IMG/VR virus record: IMGVR_UViG_3300020129_000380
Span: 1-63,349 of that record
DNA: 63,349 nt
Strand: one strand, 5' to 3'
Origin: a virus
Lineage: Duplodnaviria > Caudoviricetes
Part shown: positions 38,947 to 48,608 of the stretch, piece after piece
Numbering within the stretch: position 1 is the stretch's first letter
How the letters are laid out: every line of letters begins with the position of its first letter
Translations under genes and position numbers: made by a program
Notes under the pieces: generated by a model
Told to the model about the DNA's origin: nothing
Seen by the model: only the letters and a program-made list of their open reading frames with translations
Databases searched by the model: none

Positions 38947-39450
38947 CATCCCTCCAACGCATCCTCCAGGAACGCCGCAAGGATTGGCAATTCAATCCGG
39001 GGCCGGAGATTACCTTCGGGGCAATCATGACATTGACCGCGTTGTATGCCATTATCGGTGCCATGGCGGCAATCGCAATCCAGTAATTCCCCCTCCCTCC
39101 CCACTCAAACCGCTCATGCTGTGCGTGCTCGCCCTCGCTACATCAGGCTCGGTCGGGGGCGGCTATTTTATCGCGGAGTACCGCGATGCCGCCAAATACC
39201 CCGACCGACCCCGATTCCGCGACGGCTGCGCAAGACAGACAGGGAATTTCTTGCCAACTCCAAAAAAGCATGGCAAATTCACGCCCATGCCATTCGTGCC
39301 TTTATCGCCTGAAGAGAAAAAGCTCTTTCCCCCATTGTGCCCATCGCCAGAGCACAACCCGCCGGGCATGATTGTCATTACCGAGCCAATCAAATACCGT
39401 TGCCCGAAGTGCGGTCAAGAATCAATCTTGTTGCCATCCTCGATTACCGC

Positions 39451-39849
39451 ATGAAACAGCCCCTCTGGTATCGCCTCTACGAAGACCCGGCCACAAAAGC
39501 CGTTTACCAAGCCGTTGCCCGCATGGTGGGATACAACGGCATTAGCATGCAGGAAGCATCGGAGAAGGCCCATCACCTCGCCGGCAGCAAAGACCCCCGC
39601 TTCACCCACAAAGCCATTCAAGACGCTGCGGATGAATTGACGGGTCGCAAACCCGGCGTCAAGATTGAACGGCTCGAATTGACACCCGAGGCCCGCAAGG
39701 CATGTTGGCAGTTGCTCGGATTTCCACCAGGGCACGCGAATTACAAACCAAAGCCGGAGGAGCGGGGCGCAGAAAATGGCACCGGGGCGCACGAAACCGG
39801 GGCGGGCCACGCCGCGAAGCTGAAGAAGCCGAGGGGGAGGAGTAGGTAA
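39451..39849 (+). CDS. Hypothetical protein
   Basis: ATGA overlap; last rightward gene before convergent operon. Confidence 0.45.
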   Translation: MKQPLWYRLYEDPATKAVYQAVARMVGYNGISMQEASEKAHHLAGSKDPRFTHKAIQDAADELTGRKPGVKIERLELTPEARKACWQLLGFPPGHANYKPKPEERGAENGTGAHETGAGHAAKLKKPRGRSR

Positions 39850-40032
39850 TCAGCCTGCATTCAGCGAAGATAAATGCCCTTCCACATCCTTTTCTTTCCA
39901 GCGGATCAACTTCCGATTGAAACGGATCGGCTTAGGAAATTCCTTACGTTGAACCATCCTATCGAGCGTCCTTTTATCCACACCTAGCATTGTGGCGACT
40001 TGCTCGCGGGTCAATAATTGCTGCTCAGACAT
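39850..40032 (-). CDS. AlpA/excisionase-like HTH protein
   Basis: LLTREQVATMLGVDKRTLDRMV...FPKPIR...IRW. Confidence 0.85.
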   Translation of the reverse strand: MSEQQLLTREQVATMLGVDKRTLDRMVQRKEFPKPIRFNRKLIRWKEKDVEGHLSSLNAG

Positions 40033-40936
40033 GGCGATGCCTTATGGACGATATGAGGGATAACGCAATACACGACAGCCCAATCATGCCGGTAATCGGC
40101 TCCGGAACTGGATAAAAGATGTTGGCGAGCATGATAACCGCCAAAGCTCCGATTCCATAATGTGCCCCGTGTTCAAGGTAAATATACTCTTTCAGCGTCC
40201 CGCCCCGGACAAGATACAGCGTTAGTGACCGGATGACAAAAGCACCCATCCCAAGGCCGATCATAATCAGAACGATATTCGTGGTCAGGGCGAAAGCTCC
40301 GATCACCCCATCGAGCGAGCAGCTTGCGTCCAGCACTTCGAGATAGAGAAGCCCCATCAGGCCGCGTTTGTTCTCGCATCCGCCGTCGGTATCGAAAAGG
40401 CCAGTAAAAGCCTCAATCAGCATATATGTGCCAATGCCAAGCAAACCTGACAGCAGGCAAGTCATTCGCCCTTGAAGCGTGGGAATGAAATATTGAATGC
40501 CAACGAGGACAGCTCCGGCAACGATAATTTCCACCCCCTTAAGTAGCCCAAGCGTGGATAGGCGGCTTTCGATCCAATGCAGCCAATGGGTTTCGCGTTC
40601 GTTATCGAACCAAAAGCTCAGGAATACCATCAAAAGGAATATTCCGCCGAAGGTCGAGACGTTGATTCTGGATTCTTCCAAATGTCGGCCATATTCTTCT
40701 GGCGAGTTAAGTGCCATATTGATGACATCGATCACCGGTAGCGAAGCGGCAATTGTGACGATCAAGACCGGGAATACCAAACGCATACCGAATACAGCGA
40801 TCACAATGCCCCAGGTTAGGAATCGACGTTGCCATTTCGCGGACATGCCCTGTAAAATTTTGGCATTGAGAACAGCGTTGTCGAATGAAAGCGATACCTC
40901 CATGAAAGCCAGAAGGATAAGGGTGAAGACGATCAT
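40025..40936 (-). CDS. DUF475 (TerC-like) membrane protein
   Basis: EVSLSFDNAVLNA, IAVFGMRLVFP, YLEVLDASCSLDGVIGAFA, YLEHGAHYGIG. Confidence 0.9.
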   Translation of the reverse strand: MIVFTLILLAFMEVSLSFDNAVLNAKILQGMSAKWQRRFLTWGIVIAVFGMRLVFPVLIVTIAASLPVIDVINMALNSPEEYGRHLEESRINVSTFGGIFLLMVFLSFWFDNERETHWLHWIESRLSTLGLLKGVEIIVAGAVLVGIQYFIPTLQGRMTCLLSGLLGIGTYMLIEAFTGLFDTDGGCENKRGLMGLLYLEVLDASCSLDGVIGAFALTTNIVLIMIGLGMGAFVIRSLTLYLVRGGTLKEYIYLEHGAHYGIGALAVIMLANIFYPVPEPITGMIGLSCIALSLISSIRHRHV

Positions 40937-41015
40937 TTTCCCCACCACCGAACGAACCTGATGGCTTGATAAAGCAAGAAGCAAACCCCCAGGAATATGA
41001 GTAAATCCAACATAA

Positions 41016-41240
41016 TCATCGGCGGCACTCCCCACCAACAGCCGACAAGGGAAGGCACGACAGCCCCCCTTGCTTGCTATCAGCGTCGAGAAAGCATACC
41101 GCCTCGTAACCGCCGGGCTTGCACACTGCGTATACGCCCGTCAGCGTCACCATACGTTTGAAGCCGCCCGCCCCCATCATGCCCCAGGTGCCGAAAATGA
41201 TGACGAGCACGACAAGACTTAAGGACGCCCAAAGCTTCAT
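41016..41240 (-). CDS. Small membrane-anchored Cys-containing protein
   Basis: N-terminal TM segment; in ter operon. Confidence 0.55.
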   Translation of the reverse strand: MKLWASLSLVVLVIIFGTWGMMGAGGFKRMVTLTGVYAVCKPGGYEAVCFLDADSKQGGLSCLPLSAVGGECRR

Positions 41241-41443
41241 AAACCCGCCGATACCCGTTCTGCCCATTTAACGAGCTTCGGAGCGTACTCTGATATGGTG
41301 TTTTTGACGAATTGATCACGGGTTATAATCATAATCGTGCCGAGGGCGATAATCTCACCACGAGTAGCAAATACTGCCGCCAGAATGACGAATACGCCAA
41401 ACCAGAAGCTCATTTGCATCATTTGCTTAACTAGGTATTTCAT
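41237..41443 (-). CDS. Small membrane protein
   Basis: AGGAGG RBS; hydrophobic. Confidence 0.6.
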   Translation of the reverse strand: MKYLVKQMMQMSFWFGVFVILAAVFATRGEIIALGTIMIITRDQFVKNTISEYAPKLVKWAERVSAGL

Positions 41444-41500
41444 GGAACCTCCTTGTTTGCTGAGAAAGACGGCCCGCAGCGAACCACGGGCCGTAACCAG

Positions 41501-42085
41501 TTATGCCGCAGCCTGAAGGCCGAAACGGTTGGCAAAGCCACCCAGTTCCGATGCGTCGGCATCGCCAATAGCGATGAAGTTCCAATCGATACCATCCCGC
41601 TTCAGCTTGCCGAGAACGAACGATTCATGGCTGCTGTCGGTATCGCTGATCTTGTAATTGGCCAGCTCTTGCTGATTCTCTGCGTTGACAATGCGAATGA
41701 AGGCATTGTCGAGATCGCGAAGGCTCTGGCCTTTGGCTTTGCCCTGGTAGATTGAAGCCACGAACACGATTTCATTCACGTCCGCCGGAACAGTCGAGAG
41801 ATTGACATCAATCACCTCATCGTCGCCCTCGCCTTCGCCGGTCAAATTGTCGCCACGGCTGGCCACCGACCCGCAATCAGAAGCCTTGTGGTTGAAATAG
41901 ACGAAATTGCCCTTGTTCTTGAGCTTGCCATTCGCATCGAGCAAGAAAGCCGCCAGGTCTAAATCCATGGTGGCGCCTTGTTTCTTCATGTCCCATCCGG
42001 CACCCGCAAAGACTTTCTTCAGGCCGGGAGCCTTTTTGGTCAGCGAAACGGTTTCGCCTTTCGTCATTGATACAACGTCGGTCAT
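41501..42085 (-). CDS. terD: TerD family stress protein
   Basis: GWD...DLDLAAFLL...FVYFN...GDNLTGEGEGDDEVI...NAFIRIVN. Confidence 0.92.
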   Translation of the reverse strand: MTDVVSMTKGETVSLTKKAPGLKKVFAGAGWDMKKQGATMDLDLAAFLLDANGKLKNKGNFVYFNHKASDCGSVASRGDNLTGEGEGDDEVIDVNLSTVPADVNEIVFVASIYQGKAKGQSLRDLDNAFIRIVNAENQQELANYKISDTDSSHESFVLGKLKRDGIDWNFIAIGDADASELGGFANRFGLQAAA

Positions 42086-42174
42086 AATATATACTCCTTA
42101 GTTGGTTGAGATTGAAATGTATCGGATGTCACCCGATACGGTACGTAAGTACACCATTGTCGCCCAATGTCAAC

Positions 42175-42205
42175 AAAAAAACCCTCCGGCCAAAAACTGG
42201 AGGGT
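42175..42205 (-). terminator. Rho-independent terminator
   Basis: Minus strand ACCCTCCAG...CCGGAGGGT followed by a T run. Confidence 0.6.
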
Positions 42206-42261
42206 AGCCTCCCGGCAGAAATCCCGAGCCTTCATCATCGAATAAGGGGCAGGAGGAAAAT

Positions 42262-42567
42262 ATGACCGCGAATGAACTGCGTATTCGCCTGAAAGAAATG
42301 AGCCAAGACGACCGACTTGCTTTTTTGCGGTGCGTCGGCTGGTTCCCGGATTTCGACGACGAGCGTATTTTGGACGCTTTTGTCAAGGAATCCGCGTGGG
42401 AGAAAAAGATTTGCGATGCTTTATCGGTGCCGACTGAGGCGGACAAGGTGGGGCAGGCGTCGATTGATGCCGCACACTACGCACGCTTGGGTTACATTAT
42501 CGGCCTCGTCGCCATCGGTATTGCCGTCATCTCGCTGGTCGTTTCCGGCATCGCATTGGTGAAGTGA
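42262..42567 (+). CDS. Hypothetical membrane protein
   Basis: AGGAGG RBS; C-terminal TM segment. Confidence 0.6.
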   Translation: MTANELRIRLKEMSQDDRLAFLRCVGWFPDFDDERILDAFVKESAWEKKICDALSVPTEADKVGQASIDAAHYARLGYIIGLVAIGIAVISLVVSGIALVK

Positions 42568-42747
42568 AAGCCCCGTGCCGAACGTGGTTGAGAAGTGGCT
42601 GGAAAGCAGGTAAAAGTCTGTAAATCCGGTGCTCGTTTGGTGTCACTTTGTTTGCCAAACCTTGCCCACCGGCGACCATCCACGCCTAGCGATGCCTAAA
42701 CGCCTAGCGGCAAAAACCCGCAAAAAAGCCTGGAAATACGGGCAATA

Positions 42748-42775
42748 TTGACATTTCGTGCCGATTTCGTAGGAT
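42748..42775 (+). promoter_or_regulatory. Promoter upstream of the tRNA fragment
   Basis: TTGACA-N16-TAGGAT ending 14 bp before the tRNA 5' end. Confidence 0.65.
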
Positions 42776-42789
42776 ATGGCGTGATCTTT

Positions 42790-42829
42790 TGGGGTATAGT
42801 GTAACGGTAGCACAACTGACTCTGACTCA
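42790..42829 (+). pseudogene. 5' half of tRNA-Gln(CTG) (att core)
   Basis: TGGGGTATAGTGTAACGGTAGCACAACTGACTCTGACTCA: acceptor 5' strand, D arm and anticodon loop CTCTGAC; no T arm follows. Confidence 0.85.
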
Positions 42830-42927
42830 TCCCCGACGCATTCAGATTCCGCAGAAAACACTGCAAAAATGAAGATGCTTGCCTAAAGATGCCTAAACGG
42901 TGTCAATTTGGTGTCTGTTTTGAAAAA

Positions 42928-44151
42928 CTACCTCTCCCGCTCCCCGTTTTTCTTGAGCCGCAGCTTTTCGGCCAGGCCCCCAAGGACTTCATCCGCCGTC
43001 CGCTTTTTCTCCGTCCCCGTGTAATACCGCATCATGACCTCCGGCGTTACGTCGAATGCCGCCGCGGCCCGTTTTGGGTTGATGTCCGCTTCAGCTGCAC
43101 GAGTGAATGCGGCCTTCCGAAAATCATGGCTGGAAAAATCCCGCCCCGTTTCCTTTTGATACGTCTGCATCGTTTGCTCGACCCAGCGATAGAGCCGACC
43201 TGGAGAGAACTCCGGATTCTGCCGATGGACGGGAAACCCCTTTGCTACATTCGCCGCGATCAATTCGGCAGGATACCTCTCCCAAAGATACGTCTCTCCC
43301 TTGTAAGACTCCAAAGCTGCATAAACATCCTCGGGAAGAATCGCATAGCGTTCTGAGCGATTCTTCGTTACGTCCGCAGGGAAGACAAGCCGCCCGTCTT
43401 GAAGTTGAACAGAGCGAAGGTTGCAAAGATCCTCAAGCCGGCAGCCGGTGAGGGCCTTGACGTCGAAAAAGAGTTGCGGCATCGCCCAGCCGGGATAACG
43501 ATTCCCCAGCCAATCGTAGAAATGTTGCACGTCATCCGAGCTTACGTATTTGACTTCGTGCCGGTCGAGCTTCGGCGCCATGACTTCCGAAAAGGGATTT
43601 TCCTTTACCAGCTTCAGATCCCGAAGCCACGAGAACACCGCCTTTAGCGTGACGACGCGGCTATGGACCGACTTCGCCTCATGTTTCTTTCCATGATGAC
43701 TCTCTGTCGCGTATTTCGTCTTGAAGCGTGCCGCCAACTCCGGCGTCACCTCGGCAGGTCCTTTCGTCGTGAACATCGCCTTGAGCTTGCCCAGCGTCTC
43801 CAGGTAGCCCTTGATCGTATTCGGACGTTTGCCGTCAGCTTCCATTTCTTCCTTCAGCCGCTCTTCCGCCTCTTCCCAGCAGACACCCTCTTGGCTTTGC
43901 ACGACAACCGGCTTCGCTTGTCCGTATGCTTCGAGAATGATTTGCTGTGCCGCGTCGATCGCCGCCGCTTTTTTTACCTGGCCGGTGCCTCGCCGTACTT
44001 GGCCTTCAGGCCCTTTAAAGCGGACATACCAATCGTTAGTACGCTCTGGACGCGAATAAAGTGCGAACCTAATCCGCCGCCCATCGGGCAATACGACATG
44101 ATTTCTTTGCCACATCTTCAACGACTTATACCTATGTGGATTGGGTGTCAA
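42928..44151 (-). CDS. int: Tyrosine integrase
   Basis: TGCRLEDL (R), TKNR (K), HDFRK (HxxR), MMRYY (Y). Confidence 0.92.
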   Translation of the reverse strand: MTPNPHRYKSLKMWQRNHVVLPDGRRIRFALYSRPERTNDWYVRFKGPEGQVRRGTGQVKKAAAIDAAQQIILEAYGQAKPVVVQSQEGVCWEEAEERLKEEMEADGKRPNTIKGYLETLGKLKAMFTTKGPAEVTPELAARFKTKYATESHHGKKHEAKSVHSRVVTLKAVFSWLRDLKLVKENPFSEVMAPKLDRHEVKYVSSDDVQHFYDWLGNRYPGWAMPQLFFDVKALTGCRLEDLCNLRSVQLQDGRLVFPADVTKNRSERYAILPEDVYAALESYKGETYLWERYPAELIAANVAKGFPVHRQNPEFSPGRLYRWVEQTMQTYQKETGRDFSSHDFRKAAFTRAAEADINPKRAAAAFDVTPEVMMRYYTGTEKKRTADEVLGGLAEKLRLKKNGERER

Positions 44152-44360
44152 CTACGGCGAGTGGAAAGATAACGGTCGAGGGCTTCCCGCGTAAACAAGA
44201 GGCGCCCCGGACGCCCAGGCATGGGGAAAATGCGACGGCGTTTCACGAGAGCATACACGGCTTGGACTGTGCACCGTAAATACGCCGCCGTCTCAATCGC
44301 AGTTAAATAGGGGCTTTCAACCCCGATACGCTCTTCCATCGGATGCCTCCAAAAGGGCAT
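44148..44360 (-). CDS. xis: Excisionase (HTH_17)
   Basis: SPYLTAIETAAYLR...LLFTREALDRYL; overlaps the integrase start. Confidence 0.85.
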   Translation of the reverse strand: MPFWRHPMEERIGVESPYLTAIETAAYLRCTVQAVYALVKRRRIFPMPGRPGRLLFTREALDRYLSTRRS

Positions 44361-44518
44361 CCATGCCCCTCCTTGCTACCGAAACAGTTTGCGGATGCCC
44401 ACCGCGATAAGCATCAACCCCAAAAGCATTTTGAGACCGTAGTTTTCAAACATCCCATCAGCGAATAACATTGGACTACCCTCCCTTTGGTGATGTAAAA
44501 GCTTCTTCTCGTTCCGGT

Positions 44519-44905
44519 TTATCGGGGCGGCGCCACAAGCTGTGTGCCATTCTGGCTTGTCCTGTCGAGCCAAATACAAATTCCCATTACCACCGCGCAG
44601 CCGCACATAACAATCCAAGGCGGCACGCCAAATTCGTTCAGAGCCAGCCCGATGCCGACGCCGGTCGCAAACCTCCCTACCAGATAGTTCCCGAAGCTCT
44701 CGTCCTTCTCCGGGTTGAGTCTTTCAAGAATCTTTCCCACCATAATCCATGTGAACAGGGCTGCCGGGATACCGGCAACGAAAGCCTCCATTACTGGTTC
44801 ACGAAGGCCGAAATAGCCGAAGATGAAACCAACACACCAGGTCACGGCGAAATACGCCGCATACGTTGCACTAATTCTCGCTGCAAGGTTCATGAGATAC
44901 TCCAA
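44519..44905 (-). CDS. Membrane protein
   Basis: About four hydrophobic segments; GGAG-containing start region. Confidence 0.55.
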   Translation of the reverse strand: MEYLMNLAARISATYAAYFAVTWCVGFIFGYFGLREPVMEAFVAGIPAALFTWIMVGKILERLNPEKDESFGNYLVGRFATGVGIGLALNEFGVPPWIVMCGCAVVMGICIWLDRTSQNGTQLVAPPR

Positions 44906-45031
44906 ACAAGGGTTACTTTTTCGTCACTGAGGCAAACAATGCACTCAGCAACATCAAACACACTATGGTCACAGAAAGACCAACAATTCCGTCGTCTGTC
45001 ATAGTACGTTCCTTAAAAGACGCTCTGGGAT

Positions 45032-45250
45032 TCACCGCTTGAAAAACAGGCTGGCGACCTTCAAGCCGCCCATCGCAGCCTTGCCCATCATCTCCCGGCG
45101 TTTGGCGCCTTCTTCAGCCTCTTGGGCTTTCAGCCGTTGGTAGGCTTCAGGTTCTTTCAAGAGCAGGTAAAGGGGAAACACCACCTTGACCGCCACGATG
45201 ACCAAAATAATCAAAATCACAAGTCCCGCTTCCATCGCTCTATCCCTCAA
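45032..45250 (-). CDS. Small membrane protein
   Basis: N-terminal TM segment; in IME operon. Confidence 0.55.
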   Translation of the reverse strand: MRDRAMEAGLVILIILVIVAVKVVFPLYLLLKEPEAYQRLKAQEAEEGAKRREMMGKAAMGGLKVASLFFKR

Positions 45251-45302
45251 GATGCCCGAGGCCAGTTCGCCTACACAGCTAGTGACCCCGGGCGACCATG
45301 TG

Positions 45303-45617
45303 TTACATTGACATTCCGCCCCGACTCATTTCGGGCTGATCGATTTCGTGTGATTGCGAAATCTCGGGTTGTTGCACTTCGACGCTCGGCTGCCCTACTT
45401 GATGCGGATACATGACGAATCCACTTCCATTGAACAGCCCGGCGGCGATCTCCGACGCCCCGAGGGGAATCAGGTGGTCGGCTGCCTGTCCCATCCCCTC
45501 AAAAAGCGTTCCCGCGACTGTGGCGACACCGCCCAGAAACGCCCCCACACCCTCCTTGATACCCTCCGTCACAGCTTCCGTTGCCGTGATGCTCTGAAAT
45601 TCCTCTTGCGGACTCAT
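45303..45617 (-). CDS. Hypothetical IME protein
   Basis: ATGA overlap with T4CP; GASEIAAGLFNG motif; SRGGMSM C-terminus resembles T4SS-substrate tails. Confidence 0.6.
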   Translation of the reverse strand: MSPQEEFQSITATEAVTEGIKEGVGAFLGGVATVAGTLFEGMGQAADHLIPLGASEIAAGLFNGSGFVMYPHQVGQPSVEVQQPEISQSHEIDQPEMSRGGMSM

Positions 45618-47317
45618 CGAAACCCTCCCTTCATGAAATGCGTGGCCATGGCAGTGCCTACGAGGCACAAAAACACCGTGCCAAGCATCAACAGAAACGA
45701 CCCAAACATATGCGACTTTTGCCCTTTGAGCAGCCATTTGTCGCTGTAGTATTTCACGAGCTTAACTTTTATCGGCCGCGTCGAGGGGCAGAACACTATG
45801 GCCTCATCCGCCGGCGTTTGCAGCACTTCGTCAGCGGTTGCCAGCTCCCTCTTATGCTGAGTAAGTGTCTCAGACTTATTCTTGCCCCAGTTCATCCCCC
45901 AGCTCACATCCCTGCCATTTGACGATGAGCTTCCCGAGCTACGGCCATTCTGCCACGACTCACATAAAACCGTAGCGGAGCCTAGGCGCTTGCTTATATA
46001 TTCCGCCGTGCCGTTGTTTTTCTCGATTCCCATCGAGTTCACGCCGAAGAAAATCTGCGTCACGTTCGACATAAACGTTTCTTCCTGGCCAGGGAAACAT
46101 TTAGCCACCTGATTCACGCTCTGAAAAAACCAGTGGCAACGCACACCGTAACCTGCACCTTTATCAAGAGCCTCATCCACCACATCCATATGGCCGAGCT
46201 TCGCCGCCTCATCGAAGATGAAGTGCGTTTTACGCCTCTCCTGAAGCCCCCCTCTCATCGCCGCCTTTAACATCACACCTATGACCATCCTCACCCACGG
46301 CTCCAGCACTTTGGAATGCTCTAACGACGGCACAATGTAGACCGTCATGGGTTTTGACAGGGGAACGAACGAACTCGTCCGGGAGTTTTCGGCGATTCTC
46401 TCAGAGTCCAAAAACCGCATAAACCTCGCCGTCGTCGTTAATGTCGAGCCCTTTTCCTCCCCCATGAAAAAAGACAATTGATTGCCCATTCTCTGCAACA
46501 TTCCTCCGGATCGTTTCATTACCTCGATGGCGATTTTTAGCTTTTCCGGGCTGGTGAGTATGTCCTGCACGGCCTGTAGGTTCCTGTGACTCTGGTCAGC
46601 GTGAGTCATGGTGGTCGCGATAATGGCCGATATGAACATCTCCGCCGTATCCTTGAAATGGCCGGAATTTCCGTCTTCTTTTTCCTCCCGGATGACAAAG
46701 CTTTTCGCCAGATCCTTGGCGTCATCGAGTTCCTTTGCGAAGCTCAATGGGTTTAACGTCGCCGATTCAAAGGGAATCTTGCCGTGTAGTGTCCTATGGG
46801 GGTCGATAACATGCACCTCACCGAACCGGCGCCGGTAGGCCGCTGTAAGGAGGGCGAGTTCGCCCTTGTAATCAATCACCACTTGCGAATCCGGGCAGGT
46901 CAAAAGATGAGGCAATATGATCGACACACCCTTCCCCGACCGGGTTGGCGCACACGTACAGGTGTGAATCGCCTTGGTTAACCGTACAACCAGCTTGTCC
47001 TTGTTAAACGCGGCGATGGCCTCCCTGTTGGGAATACTCATATCCAAAAGCCCCAGCACCGCCGATTTGCGGGGAGCATGGGGGAGCGCTCCCACAATCA
47101 ACCCTTCCCTTGCGTTAATCATCCCCCGCAAATCCTTCCGCTCCGCCCACCTCGCTGTCCCATGTTTCCACCAGTTGGCCTTTGGTTTCACCAGGGCGAC
47201 TATCCCCGCCAGCACGAAGATAAGCGACCATGGCAACCCCACCACACCGGCGATGGTCACGAGGTAAATCATGCCCAAAACGTAAACCTGAAGCATCTTT
47301 CGTGAAATCCAGAACAT
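45614..47317 (-). CDS. Type IV coupling protein (VirD4/TraG family)
   Basis: N-terminal TMs, HGTARWA, Walker A APTRSGKG, IDYKGEL, Walker B FIFDEAAKLG. Confidence 0.92.
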   Translation of the reverse strand: MFWISRKMLQVYVLGMIYLVTIAGVVGLPWSLIFVLAGIVALVKPKANWWKHGTARWAERKDLRGMINAREGLIVGALPHAPRKSAVLGLLDMSIPNREAIAAFNKDKLVVRLTKAIHTCTCAPTRSGKGVSIILPHLLTCPDSQVVIDYKGELALLTAAYRRRFGEVHVIDPHRTLHGKIPFESATLNPLSFAKELDDAKDLAKSFVIREEKEDGNSGHFKDTAEMFISAIIATTMTHADQSHRNLQAVQDILTSPEKLKIAIEVMKRSGGMLQRMGNQLSFFMGEEKGSTLTTTARFMRFLDSERIAENSRTSSFVPLSKPMTVYIVPSLEHSKVLEPWVRMVIGVMLKAAMRGGLQERRKTHFIFDEAAKLGHMDVVDEALDKGAGYGVRCHWFFQSVNQVAKCFPGQEETFMSNVTQIFFGVNSMGIEKNNGTAEYISKRLGSATVLCESWQNGRSSGSSSSNGRDVSWGMNWGKNKSETLTQHKRELATADEVLQTPADEAIVFCPSTRPIKVKLVKYYSDKWLLKGQKSHMFGSFLLMLGTVFLCLVGTAMATHFMKGGFR

Positions 47318-47502
47318 CAGTTCCTCCCCGGATCAAGCCGTGAATCACCCCGTCCTCGTTTGGTTTCGTAACACTCCAAACCCGCTTTGATAATTTCGTA
47401 GAGCCGTAAGAACGCCTCTCTATAGTCCCCCTCGGGATCGGTCACGACCATCACATTATGCGTTAACACGAAGGCGCAATCGTGCAACAAGGACTGGCTC
47501 AT
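47317..47502 (-). CDS. Hypothetical IME protein
   Basis: MSQSLLHDCAF...; couples ParB-like gene to T4CP. Confidence 0.6.
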   Translation of the reverse strand: MSQSLLHDCAFVLTHNVMVVTDPEGDYREAFLRLYEIIKAGLECYETKRGRGDSRLDPGRN

Positions 47503-48278
47503 GGCGTGGCCTCCAGCTTCTTCTTTTGATCCGACACAAATTGCTTGATGTCCTTTTTCCCAACGTCCCGCCGCCACGACTTGATGAGTTTTTCGAGCAG
47601 ATCCAGCCCGATGACCATATCCAGCTCCTCGGCGGAGATCGTCACCGTCCCGCCGGGAAGGGGGATGGACGCACGTTTGCACTTCGATTCGGTGAAGCCG
47701 TTGCGGGCAGCCCGACCCTTGGTAACGATGTCATCCCGCGTCGCACCGTTCAGGGCAGCGAGGAGCATGTCATGTTGCTTCTGGGCGTCCACCTTGCTGA
47801 TTTCGTTCCACATCGAGATGCCGATTCGACCAGCCGCCGCCGCGTCCTTTACGGCATCGATGGTGTCCTTAAGGCTAAAAATCTTGGAAATCATGCTGGC
47901 GTCATAGCCCGTGCGGATAGCCAAATCCTTGGCCGTGCCATTCGGGTTCTCCTCGAACCATTTGTCAATCCGCATGAACTGGTCGATGGGGGAAAGCGTT
48001 GCTTTGTGCCAGCTTGTGATTAAATGCACCTCGCTTGCGGACAGCGGTTCGTCCGTTAAGATGCCGAACAGCTTTTCCGGCTTCCCATTCTTTCGGGCAA
48101 TACGCAGCCGCCGGCCACCGTCCTTCACCACGCCCGACATATCGGCCAAAAGAGGCTCCAATTGCCCCCTCGCCAAGCTCACGCCGAGCCGTTGCTCATC
48201 CTCCGGGTTCTCGAACAACCGCACGTTGTTCGGATCTTCTTTCCAAAACGACAGGCATTCTTCGACGAATTTACGCAT
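47499..48278 (-). CDS. ParB-like protein (divergent)
   Basis: DPNNVR...GQLEPLL...DGGRRLRIA box, followed by an HTH (AKDLAIRTGYDASMISKI). Confidence 0.75.
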   Translation of the reverse strand: MRKFVEECLSFWKEDPNNVRLFENPEDEQRLGVSLARGQLEPLLADMSGVVKDGGRRLRIARKNGKPEKLFGILTDEPLSASEVHLITSWHKATLSPIDQFMRIDKWFEENPNGTAKDLAIRTGYDASMISKIFSLKDTIDAVKDAAAAGRIGISMWNEISKVDAQKQHDMLLAALNGATRDDIVTKGRAARNGFTESKCKRASIPLPGGTVTISAEELDMVIGLDLLEKLIKSWRRDVGKKDIKQFVSDQKKKLEATP

Positions 48279-48608
48279 GGACGTACCTTTCACGATGCGG
48301 GCGCACGATGGACGTGACCCTAGACAAAGGGAAAAAGACTTCGGTTAATTCAGGGAACTTTTAGCCGAGCAGGAAATGGCGCACGGGGATTCTCCTTTGA
48401 CGTTGCACACGTCATACAAAAGAACGCTAGGACACTTGGAGAGCTGTACTTGGTAGACTTCTCAATCGTATACCGCTCATCAGAGCAAAGATAAAAAACG
48501 ATTTTTTTTTTCGTTTTTTCTTCCGATCTGTACATCCGTTCTACCCCGCTACTTGACATCCGCCTGAATTTGTGACTTAGCTTCCCTAAACCACAACGGG
48601 AGGGCAAA

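Larger units (their letters stand above)
42683..42915. other. attP site (core plus arm-type repeats)
   Basis: tRNA-Gln 5' fragment at 42790-42829 flanked by GCCTA(A/G) repeats; GATGCCTAAACG at 42691 and 42888; next to the 3' end of the integrase. Confidence 0.8.
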
